A stretch of 64,000 nt of DNA from Microcoleus sp. (GTDB lineage: Bacteria; Cyanobacteriota; Cyanobacteriia; Cyanobacteriales; Microcoleaceae): the NCBI GenBank assembly GCA_052279835.1, contig CP181291.1, positions 1,536,001-1,600,000 on the forward strand, read 5' to 3'. How positions within the stretch are numbered: the first letter of the stretch is position 1; every line of letters starts with the position of its first letter. Below, in pieces: positions 52,020 through 62,205 of this stretch. Made by a program: the position numbers and the translations under genes. The notes under the pieces were generated by a model. That model had not been told where the DNA came from. It worked only from the letters and a program-made list of their open reading frames with translations, and did no database searches.

Positions 52020-55000
52020 ATGAACTCAGAACGCCAACAAGCCTATCTCAACCTGATAAATCAACTGCTAAATAGTCCTAGCGGCGATGAAGCGGAGATA
52101 TTGAAAACTCACCCGGAATTGCTGGATGATGGCTTGGTGGCGGCAATGCTAGAAGAGGCTGATAATTTTAGAGAAAAAGGCGAACTAAAAAATGCTAATC
52201 GGTTGAAAAATTTTGCCGGGATACTGGGTAAGGTGGATGGCGACTTCCTAGCGGTAATTCCACAGAAAGCAGAAGCAGATAGACTGTTAGACCAAGGAGC
52301 TCAGCAGTATAATATCAGTCAATTTCGAGAAGCTTTGCAGTCTTGGGAGCAGGCATTAATTATTTATAAGGAAATAGGCGATCGCAAAGGAGAAGCCAAT
52401 TCCTTGTGCGGTTTGGGCAATGCTTACTATTCCCTAGGACAATATCACAAAGCTATCGAATTTCACCAACAGTGTTTATGGATTTCACAGAAACTTAAAT
52501 TTCGCGATGAAGAAGCTAGTAGCCTCGGCAATTTGGGTTTAGCTTATCAAGACTTAGGAGATCTTGACCAAGCGATCAAATTTCACCAACAGTCTTTAGA
52601 TATTTCACGGGCAATGGAAAATCGCCAAGAAGAAGCTAATTCCCTCGGCAATTTGGGCGCTGTTTACTATTTTCTAGGGCAATATCACAGCGCGATCGAA
52701 TATCAGAAACAGTGTTTAGCGATTTCACGGGCAATGGAAAATCGCCAAGGAGAGGCTGCTTCCCTCGGCAATTTGGGCTTGACTTACGATTCCCTAGGTC
52801 AATACGAGATGGCGATCAAATTTTATGAACGTCAATTAGAGATTTCACAACAAATCGGAAATCGCCTAGCAGAAGCTCAAGCCCTCAATAATTTAAGTAA
52901 TGCTTACAAATCCGTAGGGAAATACAAAAGCGCGATTAACAATCAAGAAAATTATTTAACGATTTCACGGGAACTCGGAAATCGACAAGGAGAAGCCAGT
53001 TTCTCTCGGTAATTTGGGAATAGCTTACGATTCTCTAGGTCAATTTGCCAGGGCGATTGAATTTTACCAACAGTTATTAGAGATTTCACGAGAAATCGGA
53101 GATCGCACAGGAGAAGCGGCTTCTCTCGGCAATTTGGGTATTTCTTACCGTTCCCTAGGGCAGTACCAAGGGGCGATCGAGTTTTACGAACAGTCTTTAG
53201 AGATTTCACGGGAACTCGGAAATCGCCAAGGAGAAGCTATTTCCCTCAGAAATTTGGGCAATGCTTACCAATCGCTAGGGCAATTACACAAGGCGATAGA
53301 ATTTTATGAACAGTCTTTAGAGATATCACAGGCAATCTGTGACAGGCTGGGACTTGCTAATTTGCTCGCAAGTCTAGGCAATGCTTACTATTTGCTAGAA
53401 ATTTACCATAAAGCGTTCGAGTTCTATCGACAGTATTTAGAAATATCACAGGACATAGGCAATTCCATAATAAATTCTTATTTCGGAAATAATATAGACA
53501 ACGCTTTGCTCCAATACAACCAACTTGTAGGAGCAGAAATAACACTTTACGATTTAATCAATATTCATGAAAATGTACGCTCTAAGTTAGTTAATGATGA
53601 CTATAAAGTTTTAATCTTTGAAACTCAGGTAAGTACCTACCTCCTGCTGCAAAAAGTTCTAGTTGCTAACGCTAAGTTTGATAATGCTCTTGAAATATCT
53701 GAAATGGGTCGTACCCGTATCTTAGTCGAGTTATTGCAACAAACCCTATTAACAAATGAATTACCAACCAATGACCAAACAAATAGATTATCCATCCCCC
53801 AAATCCAACAAATAGCCCGCGACAGAAACTCCACAATAGTTGAATATTCCATTGTCAATCCAGAAATTTACATCTGGGTAATCCAATTAAACGGCAACAT
53901 CACCCATCGCGCCGCCAACCTCCAACCCCTCAACCAACAAAACCAAACCCTCAAACAAATCATCCTCCAAACCCGCGTCTCCATCGGCACCGTAGAAACC
54001 GACGACGCAGGCAACAAAATTCAGCTAGAATCCCAGTACAAACGAGACGAAACAGGCGGCTTTCCCCTACTGCAACTCCTCCATCAAATCCTGATCGAAC
54101 CAATCATCGACTTACTCCCCACCGATGCCAATTCCCCCATCATCTTCGTCCCCCACTACGACTTATTTTTAGTTCCATTTACCGCCTTGCAAGATAGCAA
54201 CAACCGCTACCTAATCGAAAATCATACCATCCTCACCAGCCCATCCATCCAAGTATTAGAACTCACCCGCGAACATCAAAACCGAGTCCGAGGATTGAGA
54301 CAAGCCGCCCTAATTGTCGGCGATCCAACCATCCACCCAAACTTCCAATTAGACCCCCACAACCTCAAGCAAATCCCCAGGGCAAAAGAAGCCGCCGAAG
54401 CCATCGCCGCCACTTTACAAACCCAAGCAATTAGCGGAGACAATGCCACACAAGTCGCGATTTTAGACAGAATGCTAAACACGCGCATCGTCCATTTATC
54501 CGCCCACGGACTCATCGACGATTTCCAAAGTTCCGGCATTCCTGGCGCGATTATTTTAGCACCATCGGGAGACGACGACGGCGCAATTCATGCCGTGGAT
54601 ATCCTGCAATTAAAACTCGATTCCGAACTCGTAGTATTGAGCGCGTGCAGCACCGGGCGCGGTAAAATCACCGGAGATGGAGTCATCGGATTGTCGCGCT
54701 GCTTCATCCTCGCCGGAGTCCCCAGCATCATCGTTTCCCTGTGGAATATGGGAGTGATTTCAGCCAAATTGCTAATGACGGAATTCTACCAAAATTTAGC
54801 ACGGGGCGACAATCGAGCAGCGGCCTTGCGGTGTGCTATGCTAACCACAAAAGCTCGATTTCCGAGTCCGAAAGCTTGGGCTGCATTTACGCTAATTGGC
54901 GAAACCGAAACTTTCCCGCTGTCAACTGCAAAAATAGATTTAAGGAGATTAGTCATGTCACTTCCCGATGATGCGAAACCCGAAGATATTGTGGCGGCTT

Positions 55001-55320
55001 TTAATCAGTTATTGAAAATATCGGAACCGCAATTTGTTGCAGAATTATCAGCGATTGATATTGGTGCGATGGATAATGTGAATGTGATTGCTCAAAGAAT
55101 CAAGGATTGGTGCGAAAGTCGGGCTCAAATTGAAGAGAATTTGGAGAATGAAATTTATCATTCGGGTGCGGGCGGGACTGATAGTGATGCGCCGGAGGAA
55201 GTGGTGAGGGAGTTTTATGAGACGTTGAAAAAAAATAAGATTCGATTGGGTTTGTCTAGGGATTCTGTGGTGCCTGAGACTGATACTTTGGGCACGGAAT
55301 CGATTGATAATCCAACATAA
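52020..55320 (+). CDS. TPR-CHAT (caspase-like) protease with C-terminal extra domain; apparent +1 frameshift near 53000
   Basis: 40-aa TPR repeats; CHAT VHLSAHG (His) and LVVLSACSTG (Cys), WAAFTLIG. Removing one T from GCC AGT T TCT CTC restores GEASSLGNLG. Confidence 0.9.
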
Positions 55321-55323
55321 ATC

Positions 55324-55632
55324 CCGTAGGGGCGGGTTCACCAACAATATATAACGATGATAAACAATCTAAATAAACCCGCCCCCACCCCACCAATAAC
55401 CCACATCAATGAAATTTGTATTTAATTTAATGTATATTTGGATTGTTTGTTGGGGTTGGGCGGGTTTTAGAGATTGTTTGTTTCAGGCGATTATGGTTGG
55501 CGAACCCGCCCCCTACAATATCAATGAAATTTGTATTTAATTTAATGTACATTTGGATTTTTTGTTGGGGTTGGGCGGGTTTTAGAGATTGTTTGTTTCA
55601 GGCGATTATGGTTGGTGAACCCGCCCCTACAA
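55324..55632. repeat. BIME-like cluster of GTAG REPs with a 115-bp tandem duplication
   Basis: GTAGGGGCGGGTTCACCAAC forward copy and two inverted copies ending GAACCCGCCCCTAC; duplicated units start at 55405 and 55520. Confidence 0.85.
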
Positions 55633-55686
55633 GAATTTGGTTTATTTGACCGGATATAATATCAGTATATTCCACAAGGTTTGATT

Positions 55687-57138
55687 ATGCAGGAACCACA
55701 GCAAATTAAAAATCCCAGCATTACCCTCTATCCTTTCCACCTGCGGGATGATAGCGATGAAGGCTATGACGCAGTAGCCAAAAATGCTCAATCCCTATGG
55801 GAAAATCTAGCAGATAATGTCGGCACACAATTTAACAGCAACGAACTAAAATCTCTCAGAGAAAAGCTGATTTGTTACAAAGACAAACAGTATTATCCCC
55901 AAGGCGAACAGGAAAAACCCAATAATCGCAAATTGCTGATTCCCGATGGCAAAACTCTGAAGTTCCAGCCAATAACTCAGCCAGATAATCCCAAAATTTA
56001 TGGCTCAATCTATGCGCGGCGAATTCAGGATACTTACACCGCAGAGTTAACATTTTACTATCAAAATGCCACAATTAAAGTATCTGAATTAAATCAATTA
56101 AATCCCCAAGGTTGTTTGTTGCCAAACGCAATTCAACCGTCGCTGGGACAAACTTTATTGTTATACGCCGCACCAGCAGTTTATTATACTTACCGTCAGC
56201 TAGCTGACGAATCCGTTACAGCTTTTGTCCGCAATCAACAGCAAGCATCACCAAAGTTTCGCGCGGAAGGGATATTATTCGGGAGTCCGATTTTTGAGTA
56301 TGACAGCCCCGAAGATGATGCGTCTAAACGGTGTCACATTCTAGTATGGTTGGAAGATGATCCCGAAACTTTGAAATCGGTAACTTCAACGTTTAATTAT
56401 TATTTGACAAACTTATTATGTTATCGTGCAAAAATTGTATTTGTGTATCGCGAAGCTCGGAAAGAGTATCACACAGCACAGCAGATTGTTGGCGAGTTAG
56501 AAAAGAAGCTTCCTGAATTCAGTGAAATTGAAAGGGAACAAGATAGACAAGTTAAGTTGCAGAAGTTGAAGGATTTGCTGGCTGAAGTTCGGACTAAAAT
56601 GTTGGCTTGTGCTCAGCAGGTGCGGTATTTGCAGGAAGGTAGAAATACCATTGATACTAATGCTGAAAATTATGGCGAGAGTTTGACCAGAATTAGAAGT
56701 TTGTGCATCGAAGGCGATAATCTGGATTTTTGGCAGAAGTTTCTAGATTTGGCTGAGGGTAAGTATCAGCGGCAAATTGAAATTGATTTGAATTATCTGA
56801 TTGCTAGTCAAGATTTGTTCCAGCAGTCGATATCGACTGTGCGGGGAATGGTGGAGATTGAACAGGTGGAATTCGATCGCGAACAAGAAGACAATGAGAA
56901 AAAGCGCGATCGCCAACTTGAAAATATCATATTTTTTGTCGGAACTGCGATCGGCGGCGGACAAATCTTTTCCGCAGCCTATCCTCTCATCAAGGATACA
57001 CCGATTCGCTGGCAACCCGATTTTTCTCTCCCGCTGCATCCCTTTGCTGCGACAATTTTGTGGAGTCTGCTGTTTGGCTTAGTATTTGGCTTGTTAATGC
57101 TGGGTGTCGCCGTGTTGATTAGGAAAATATTTAGATAA
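55687..57138 (+). CDS. Uncharacterised membrane protein: soluble N-domain, long helices, two C-terminal TM segments (CATRA/CorA-like architecture)
   Basis: About 483 aa; hydrophobic IIFFVGTAIGGGQIFSAAY and FAATILWSLLFGLVFGLLMLGVAVLI at the C-terminus. Confidence 0.75.
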   Translation: MQEPQQIKNPSITLYPFHLRDDSDEGYDAVAKNAQSLWENLADNVGTQFNSNELKSLREKLICYKDKQYYPQGEQEKPNNRKLLIPDGKTLKFQPITQPDNPKIYGSIYARRIQDTYTAELTFYYQNATIKVSELNQLNPQGCLLPNAIQPSLGQTLLLYAAPAVYYTYRQLADESVTAFVRNQQQASPKFRAEGILFGSPIFEYDSPEDDASKRCHILVWLEDDPETLKSVTSTFNYYLTNLLCYRAKIVFVYREARKEYHTAQQIVGELEKKLPEFSEIEREQDRQVKLQKLKDLLAEVRTKMLACAQQVRYLQEGRNTIDTNAENYGESLTRIRSLCIEGDNLDFWQKFLDLAEGKYQRQIEIDLNYLIASQDLFQQSISTVRGMVEIEQVEFDREQEDNEKKRDRQLENIIFFVGTAIGGGQIFSAAYPLIKDTPIRWQPDFSLPLHPFAATILWSLLFGLVFGLLMLGVAVLIRKIFR

Positions 57139-57168
57139 TTTGGATTTAGGACTTACGCATACAATCAT

Positions 57169-57316
57169 AGAAACCGGGTTTTTTGCCAGATAACCGACTG
57201 TATCGATATTCTTGGTAAAAACCCGGTTTCTGGGGCCACGCATCACAGCTAAAGAAACCGGGTTTTTCGGAGTTTTTGGGTGGTGTAACAATACTCTCGG
57301 AAAAAACCCGGTTTCT
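57169..57316. repeat. Second cluster of AGAAACCGGGTTTTT inverted repeats
   Basis: Two inverted pairs, 57169/57217 and 57253/57301. Confidence 0.85.
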
Positions 57317-57326
57317 GGCCTATAAA

Positions 57327-58112
57327 TTACAAATACCGAGTTAATTGGACTCGATAGCGTTCCTTCTTGGTAACAGCAACTTCTCCTATTTCCAATCTTC
57401 CCTTGCCGCTAACAGCGATTAAATCTCCAGACTTGACATTATAACTAGCTTGAGTGATGTCTTTCCAATTAACTCGCACGTCGCCACTGTCAATTAAATC
57501 CACCATTTTGCTGCGAGACATGGCGAATCCCGCCGAAGCCACAGCATCCAATCTCATGGAGGCTTCAACTGTGGTCATTTCTTTCTTTTTCGGTTCCCTA
57601 ATTTTGAGTTCACTCAATTCAATGCGCCGAGTTTTGACTGGAACCGATCGCACTTGTTGCAAACTCATCTCCAAATACTCTACCATCTCTGGCATCACGA
57701 TCGCCTGGGCCCCACGTTCCCCCAACACAATCACATCACCCGTTTTCTCCCGCACAATTCCCGTGCCCAACATCGCCCCCAAAAAGTCGCGGTGAGAAGC
57801 TGTATCGAACAGAAAATTACCGGCGATTTCTACCGCAGCAATATTAACACTAGCAGAGTCGATCGCAATTTCCGATCGCGCGATCGCAATTCTTTGTCTT
57901 TCAGCTTGCGGATAGCCGCCCCAAGCCACCAACTCCACATCACTCAAACGCTTAAATACAATCTTAGCTTCCGCCAATTCTGGAGGCGACATAAAATCAG
58001 TCTGAGTAACCTCCCAAGTTTTAATAGCTTGTTCGGCGCAGTCAATGACTCGCGCCACCGATTCGCGATTTTCAATCCCTTTTAACAGTTCTTCTCTTTG
58101 CAAACTTGCCAT
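57327..58112 (-). CDS. Photosystem II S4-domain protein (Sll1252/YlmH family)
   Basis: GGYPQAERQR, GNFLFD.A.HRDFLG, S4 domain SMRLDAVASAGF. Confidence 0.93.
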   Translation of the reverse strand: MASLQREELLKGIENRESVARVIDCAEQAIKTWEVTQTDFMSPPELAEAKIVFKRLSDVELVAWGGYPQAERQRIAIARSEIAIDSASVNIAAVEIAGNFLFDTASHRDFLGAMLGTGIVREKTGDVIVLGERGAQAIVMPEMVEYLEMSLQQVRSVPVKTRRIELSELKIREPKKKEMTTVEASMRLDAVASAGFAMSRSKMVDLIDSGDVRVNWKDITQASYNVKSGDLIAVSGKGRLEIGEVAVTKKERYRVQLTRYL

Positions 58113-58353
58113 AATTTACATCACTCTACAAAATATCGCTTAAATCTAAAACAAAACCGGGCAATACATCCTCACCTGACAAAGTTGCAGGGGAATATAT
58201 AATTTCCACATCTCTCTCTGGACGCGAATTTTAAACATTAGAAAGACTAATTAATGCTGACTAATCTTATTGGTTATTAGTTGTTCATTATTAGTAGTTC
58301 CCAACAAATAACAAAGAACAAATAACCAGTAACAACTAACCAGTAACAACTAA

Positions 58354-58860
58354 CTAACTCTCTGTATAACCTTGCATATTTTCCGGTTCAAACTGCCGCA
58401 AAATATTAGCAGCCTTTCCAGTCAAATCATCAGTACCCTTCACCGCAATCAAAAACTTACCCGCATTCAAACGGTTGCGGTAGGGTAAAGCATCGCCGCT
58501 ACCAAAAGCCATACCACCCGCGCCTCCCACAAACACACTACCCATCGCAGCAGCGATCGCACCTAATACCCCACCGATGACATGATCGCCTATTTCTCCC
58601 GCCCAGGCAAAAGTCTTCAACTCAGTGATTAGACTGAAAGTAAAGCCAGCAATAAACCCAAAAGGTATCAACCAAATAGCCATCAGTTTAGCTTGTTTCT
58701 TTGCTTGCTGATTCGGGTCGATCAAACCAAATTCATCCGCAGTTTTGTAGCCGCGGCCCAAAATACTTACCTGTTTCATGGGTAAGCCTTCTTTTTCCAG
58801 AGCACAATAGGCAGCTTCGGCTTGCATTCGATCGGGGAGTACGGCAATAAGATAATTCAT
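58354..58860 (-). CDS. Conserved cyanobacterial membrane protein
   Basis: MNYLIAVL.DR..AEAAY.ALEKE, GRGYKTADEFGLIDP, GDALPYRNRLNAGK. Confidence 0.8.
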   Translation of the reverse strand: MNYLIAVLPDRMQAEAAYCALEKEGLPMKQVSILGRGYKTADEFGLIDPNQQAKKQAKLMAIWLIPFGFIAGFTFSLITELKTFAWAGEIGDHVIGGVLGAIAAAMGSVFVGGAGGMAFGSGDALPYRNRLNAGKFLIAVKGTDDLTGKAANILRQFEPENMQGYTES

Positions 58861-59143
58861 TAAACACAATTCCTGATAGTTCAGCTAAGATAGCTAAAAT
58901 GTATTATAACCCGAAAAGACTTGCTAGCTAAGCAGTTCGGGGATTTGAAGGCGGTTTGAGAGTGCGATCGACCACAAACCTAAAATATTTCAAGCAAAAA
59001 CGACCTGTCTCGACCAAATACATATACAATTCAAACTGCACAAAGCCAAAATAAAGCTCAGCAGTAAGATACTGCTCCCAGTCTTAGCCTCTACTTTGAG
59101 CTCGCTGGGCCTATTTTTACTGAATTCCACTCAATTGCTTGCT

Positions 59144-60727
59144 ATGCCTAAAGTTTTAGTATCCGATCCCATCGACCAAGCCGGAATTGATATCCTCTCT
59201 CAAGTCGCTCAAGTTGATGTCAACACAGGTTTGTCAGCAGCAGAACTGGTAAGAATTATTCCAGATTACGACGCTTTAATGATCCGTTCTGGCACCCAAG
59301 TTACCAAAGAAATCATCGAAGCCGGCAACTTACTCAAAATCATCGGGCGCGCCGGAGTCGGCGTAGACAACGTAGATGTACCCGCCGCCACTCGCAAAGG
59401 AATTGTAGTCGTCAATTCTCCCGAAGGTAACACGATCGCCGCCGCCGAACACGCGATCGCCATGATGCTTTCCATGTCCCGCCACATCCCAGAAGCCAAC
59501 GCATCTGTCAAAAGTGGTAAATGGGAACGCAACCGCTTCATCGGCGTAGAAGTTTACAAAAAAACCCTCGGTATCGTCGGTTTGGGCAAAATCGGCTCCC
59601 ACCTAGCCGCCGCCGCCAAAGCAATGGGCATGAAACTGCTCGCCTACGACCCCTTTATTTCCACCGAAAGAGCCGAACAGTTGGGCTGTCGCTTAGTAGA
59701 ACTAGAACTGCTGATGCGCGAATCTGACTACATCACGCTACACATCCCCAAAACCCCCGAAACCCTGCACCTAATCAACGCAGAAGTGCTGTCGAAAATG
59801 AAGCCCACGGCCCGCATCATTAACTGCGCCAGAGGTGGCATCATCGACGAAGCAGCCCTCGCTGAAGCCATAAAAGAAGGGAAGATTGCCGGCGCTGCGA
59901 TCGACGTTTACGAACACGAGCCCCTGGAAGCTGATTCTCCTCTGCGGAGTGTCGGCCAAAACATCGTGCTGACACCCCACTTGGGCGCATCGACAGCCGA
60001 AGCTCAGGTGAATGTGGCGATCGACGTTGCCGAACAAATCCGTGATGTACTGTTAGGATTACCAGCGCGATCGGCTGTTAACATACCAGGAATTTTCCCA
60101 GATTCGATCGAAAAACTCAAACCATACCTGCAACTCGCCGAAACCCTAGGCAACCTCGTCAGCCAGCTAGCCGGAGGCCGAGTCGATTACCTCAACGTCC
60201 AACTCCAAGGCGAATTAGCAAATAATCAAAGCCAGCCCGTAGTCGTCGCCGCCCTCAAAGGACTCCTCTCCCAAGCCCTCAGAGAGCGCGTTAACTACGT
60301 CAACGCCAGCATCGAAGCCAAAGAACGCGGAATTCGCGTCGTCGAAACCAGAGACGCCTCCATTCGCGACTACACAGGCTCTCTGCACCTGATGGCGAAG
60401 GGAACCCTGGGCGAACACACCGTCACCGGTGCTGTCCTCGGCGAAAACGAAATTCGGATTACCAGCGTGGACGATTTCCCCGTCAACGTTTCCCCGACTC
60501 ACCATATGTTATTTACCTTGCACCGCGATATGCCGGGAATTATTGGCAAAATTGGTTCTCAGTTGGGCAGTTTTAATGTCAATATTGCCAGTATGCAGGT
60601 AGGGCGTAAAATCGTGCGCGGTGACGCGGTGATGGTTCTGAGCCTCGACGATCCTCTGCCAGAGGGGATTTTGGCTGAAATCATCAAAGTTCCAGGAATT
60701 CGGGATGCTTACACGGTAAATCTTTGA
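59144..60727 (+). CDS. serA: D-3-phosphoglycerate dehydrogenase
   Basis: RAGVGVDN, GLGKIG, NCARGG, TPHLGAST, C-terminal ACT domain. Confidence 0.97.
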   Translation: MPKVLVSDPIDQAGIDILSQVAQVDVNTGLSAAELVRIIPDYDALMIRSGTQVTKEIIEAGNLLKIIGRAGVGVDNVDVPAATRKGIVVVNSPEGNTIAAAEHAIAMMLSMSRHIPEANASVKSGKWERNRFIGVEVYKKTLGIVGLGKIGSHLAAAAKAMGMKLLAYDPFISTERAEQLGCRLVELELLMRESDYITLHIPKTPETLHLINAEVLSKMKPTARIINCARGGIIDEAALAEAIKEGKIAGAAIDVYEHEPLEADSPLRSVGQNIVLTPHLGASTAEAQVNVAIDVAEQIRDVLLGLPARSAVNIPGIFPDSIEKLKPYLQLAETLGNLVSQLAGGRVDYLNVQLQGELANNQSQPVVVAALKGLLSQALRERVNYVNASIEAKERGIRVVETRDASIRDYTGSLHLMAKGTLGEHTVTGAVLGENEIRITSVDDFPVNVSPTHHMLFTLHRDMPGIIGKIGSQLGSFNVNIASMQVGRKIVRGDAVMVLSLDDPLPEGILAEIIKVPGIRDAYTVNL

Positions 60728-60773
60728 AATATTTGGGATTTTAGGTTTTGAAATTGGGGGACCGATCCCGCCC

Positions 60774-60970
60774 CATTGGTGTCAACTTAACGTCAAACCC
60801 AGTCAGAGACTGCTGTTTGACTATTAAGCCTAGATCCCCCCTAGCCCCCCTTAAGAAGGGGGGGACAAGAGTCTTCTCAAAGTCCCCCTTCTTAAGGGGG
60901 ATTTAGGGGGATCTAGACTCAGGTAAAAACCAGATTTCTCAGGGCTTTCAGGCTTAAGTTGACACCAATG
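60774..60970. mobile_element. 197-bp MITE with 17-bp TIRs and 9-bp target duplication (IS4-like ends)
   Basis: CATTGGTGTCAACTTAA ... TTAAGTTGACACCAATG; ATCCCGCCC on both flanks (60765-60773, 60971-60979); internal CCCCCTT..AAGGGGG hairpins. Confidence 0.92.
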
Positions 60971-61064
60971 ATCCCGCCCTTGCTCCCAATCTAAAATCTA
61001 AAATCGCAACTCCTCAGTCTCTCTCCCCCAATCTACAATCTAAAATCTCCAATCTAAAATCCTT

Positions 61065-61955
61065 ATGGCACATAGCTGGTGGGAAATTCGAGTTCTTTGC
61101 GATCCGGCGCTGGAAGATATCATCTTCTGGCGCTTGGAAATGTTCGGCTGTCAGGGAAGTGTCAGCGAGATGAAAAGTAATTCTTGTCTGATGTCGGCTT
61201 ACCTCCCGGAAGAAAAAGCCCGATTGCTGGATTTAGCAGCCTTGTCTCTGTGGTTGCGCCAAGACGCCCTGTGCGCGGGTTTGCCTTTACCAGCGATGCA
61301 GTGGGATTTGATTGAGGAAGAGGATTGGGGCAGCACTTGGAAGCAGCATTGGCAGCCTCAAGAAATTGGCGATCGCTTTTTAGTTTATCCCGCTTGGTTG
61401 CCAATACCAACTAATTCCGATCGCATCATTTTACGTTTAGATCCCGGTGTCGCTTTCGGTACCGGTGCCCACGCCACCACTCAGCTTTGTCTGGAGTCGT
61501 TGGAAATGCGCCTCGGTTTTGATGACAAAGAGTGTATCATTGCCGATATTGGCTGCGGATCGGGTATTTTGTCGATCGGCGCGGTGTTATTAGGCGCTAC
61601 AAAAGTTTATGCTTTGGATACCGATCCTTTGGCAGTGCGATCGACCATTAGCAACAGACAACTCAACCGAGTTAATTCTCAGCAGTTGGTTACAGAACTC
61701 GGTAGTATCGATCGGCTAAAAGAAATGGTAAATGAACCTTTAGATGGTTTCATGTGCAACATTTTAGCAGAAGTAATCATTGATTTAATCCCGCAATTCA
61801 CTGAAATTAGCAAACCAACTACTTGGGGAGTTCTCAGCGGCATTTTACTCGACCAAGCTAAGCCAATTGCTGATACTCTCGAACAGCATGGTTGGATTGT
61901 GGCTACTTTGTGGAAGCGCCAAGATTGGTGTTGTTTTAACATTCGGCGAAGTTAG
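61065..61955 (+). CDS. prmA: Ribosomal protein L11 methyltransferase
   Basis: EDW...[38 protein letters not shown]. Confidence 0.95.
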   Translation: MAHSWWEIRVLCDPALEDIIFWRLEMFGCQGSVSEMKSNSCLMSAYLPEEKARLLDLAALSLWLRQDALCAGLPLPAMQWDLIEEEDWGSTWKQHWQPQEIGDRFLVYPAWLPIPTNSDRIILRLDPGVAFGTGAHATTQLCLESLEMRLGFDDKECIIADIGCGSGILSIGAVLLGATKVYALDTDPLAVRSTISNRQLNRVNSQQLVTELGSIDRLKEMVNEPLDGFMCNILAEVIIDLIPQFTEISKPTTWGVLSGILLDQAKPIADTLEQHGWIVATLWKRQDWCCFNIRRS

Positions 61956-62049
61956 CGTTCTTAGATTTGAGAGTTGAGATTTTAGGACAGCATTATGTCT
62001 GTAGAAGCGCTGCTACTATGAAAATATAAACAGCTTTAATAAGAAAGCT

Positions 62050-62205
62050 ATGGACGTTGAAGAACTATATAGGCGTTACGCTGCGGGAGAGAGAGATTTC
62101 CCTGGAGTTGATTTAAGTCATGCTGATTTAAACGTTGGCAACGTGGAAGACATCAAAGAACTCGAATCATATCAAATCGCGATAGAGGATGATTATGAAA
62201 GCTGA
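62050..62205 (+). pseudogene. Truncated pentapeptide-repeat gene (51 aa)
   Basis: MDVEELYRRYAAGERDFPGVDLSHADL..., the same N-cap as the next gene, then the repeats are lost; overlaps the next start. Confidence 0.7.

Noticed and set aside
51500..53460. Diversity-generating retroelement TR/VR pair
   Set aside because: No reverse transcriptase in the window, and the differences are not confined to adenines
55324..55632. CRISPR array or the 68-aa ORF at 55443-55649
   Set aside because: This is a tandem duplication of REP units, and the ORF is just translated repeat
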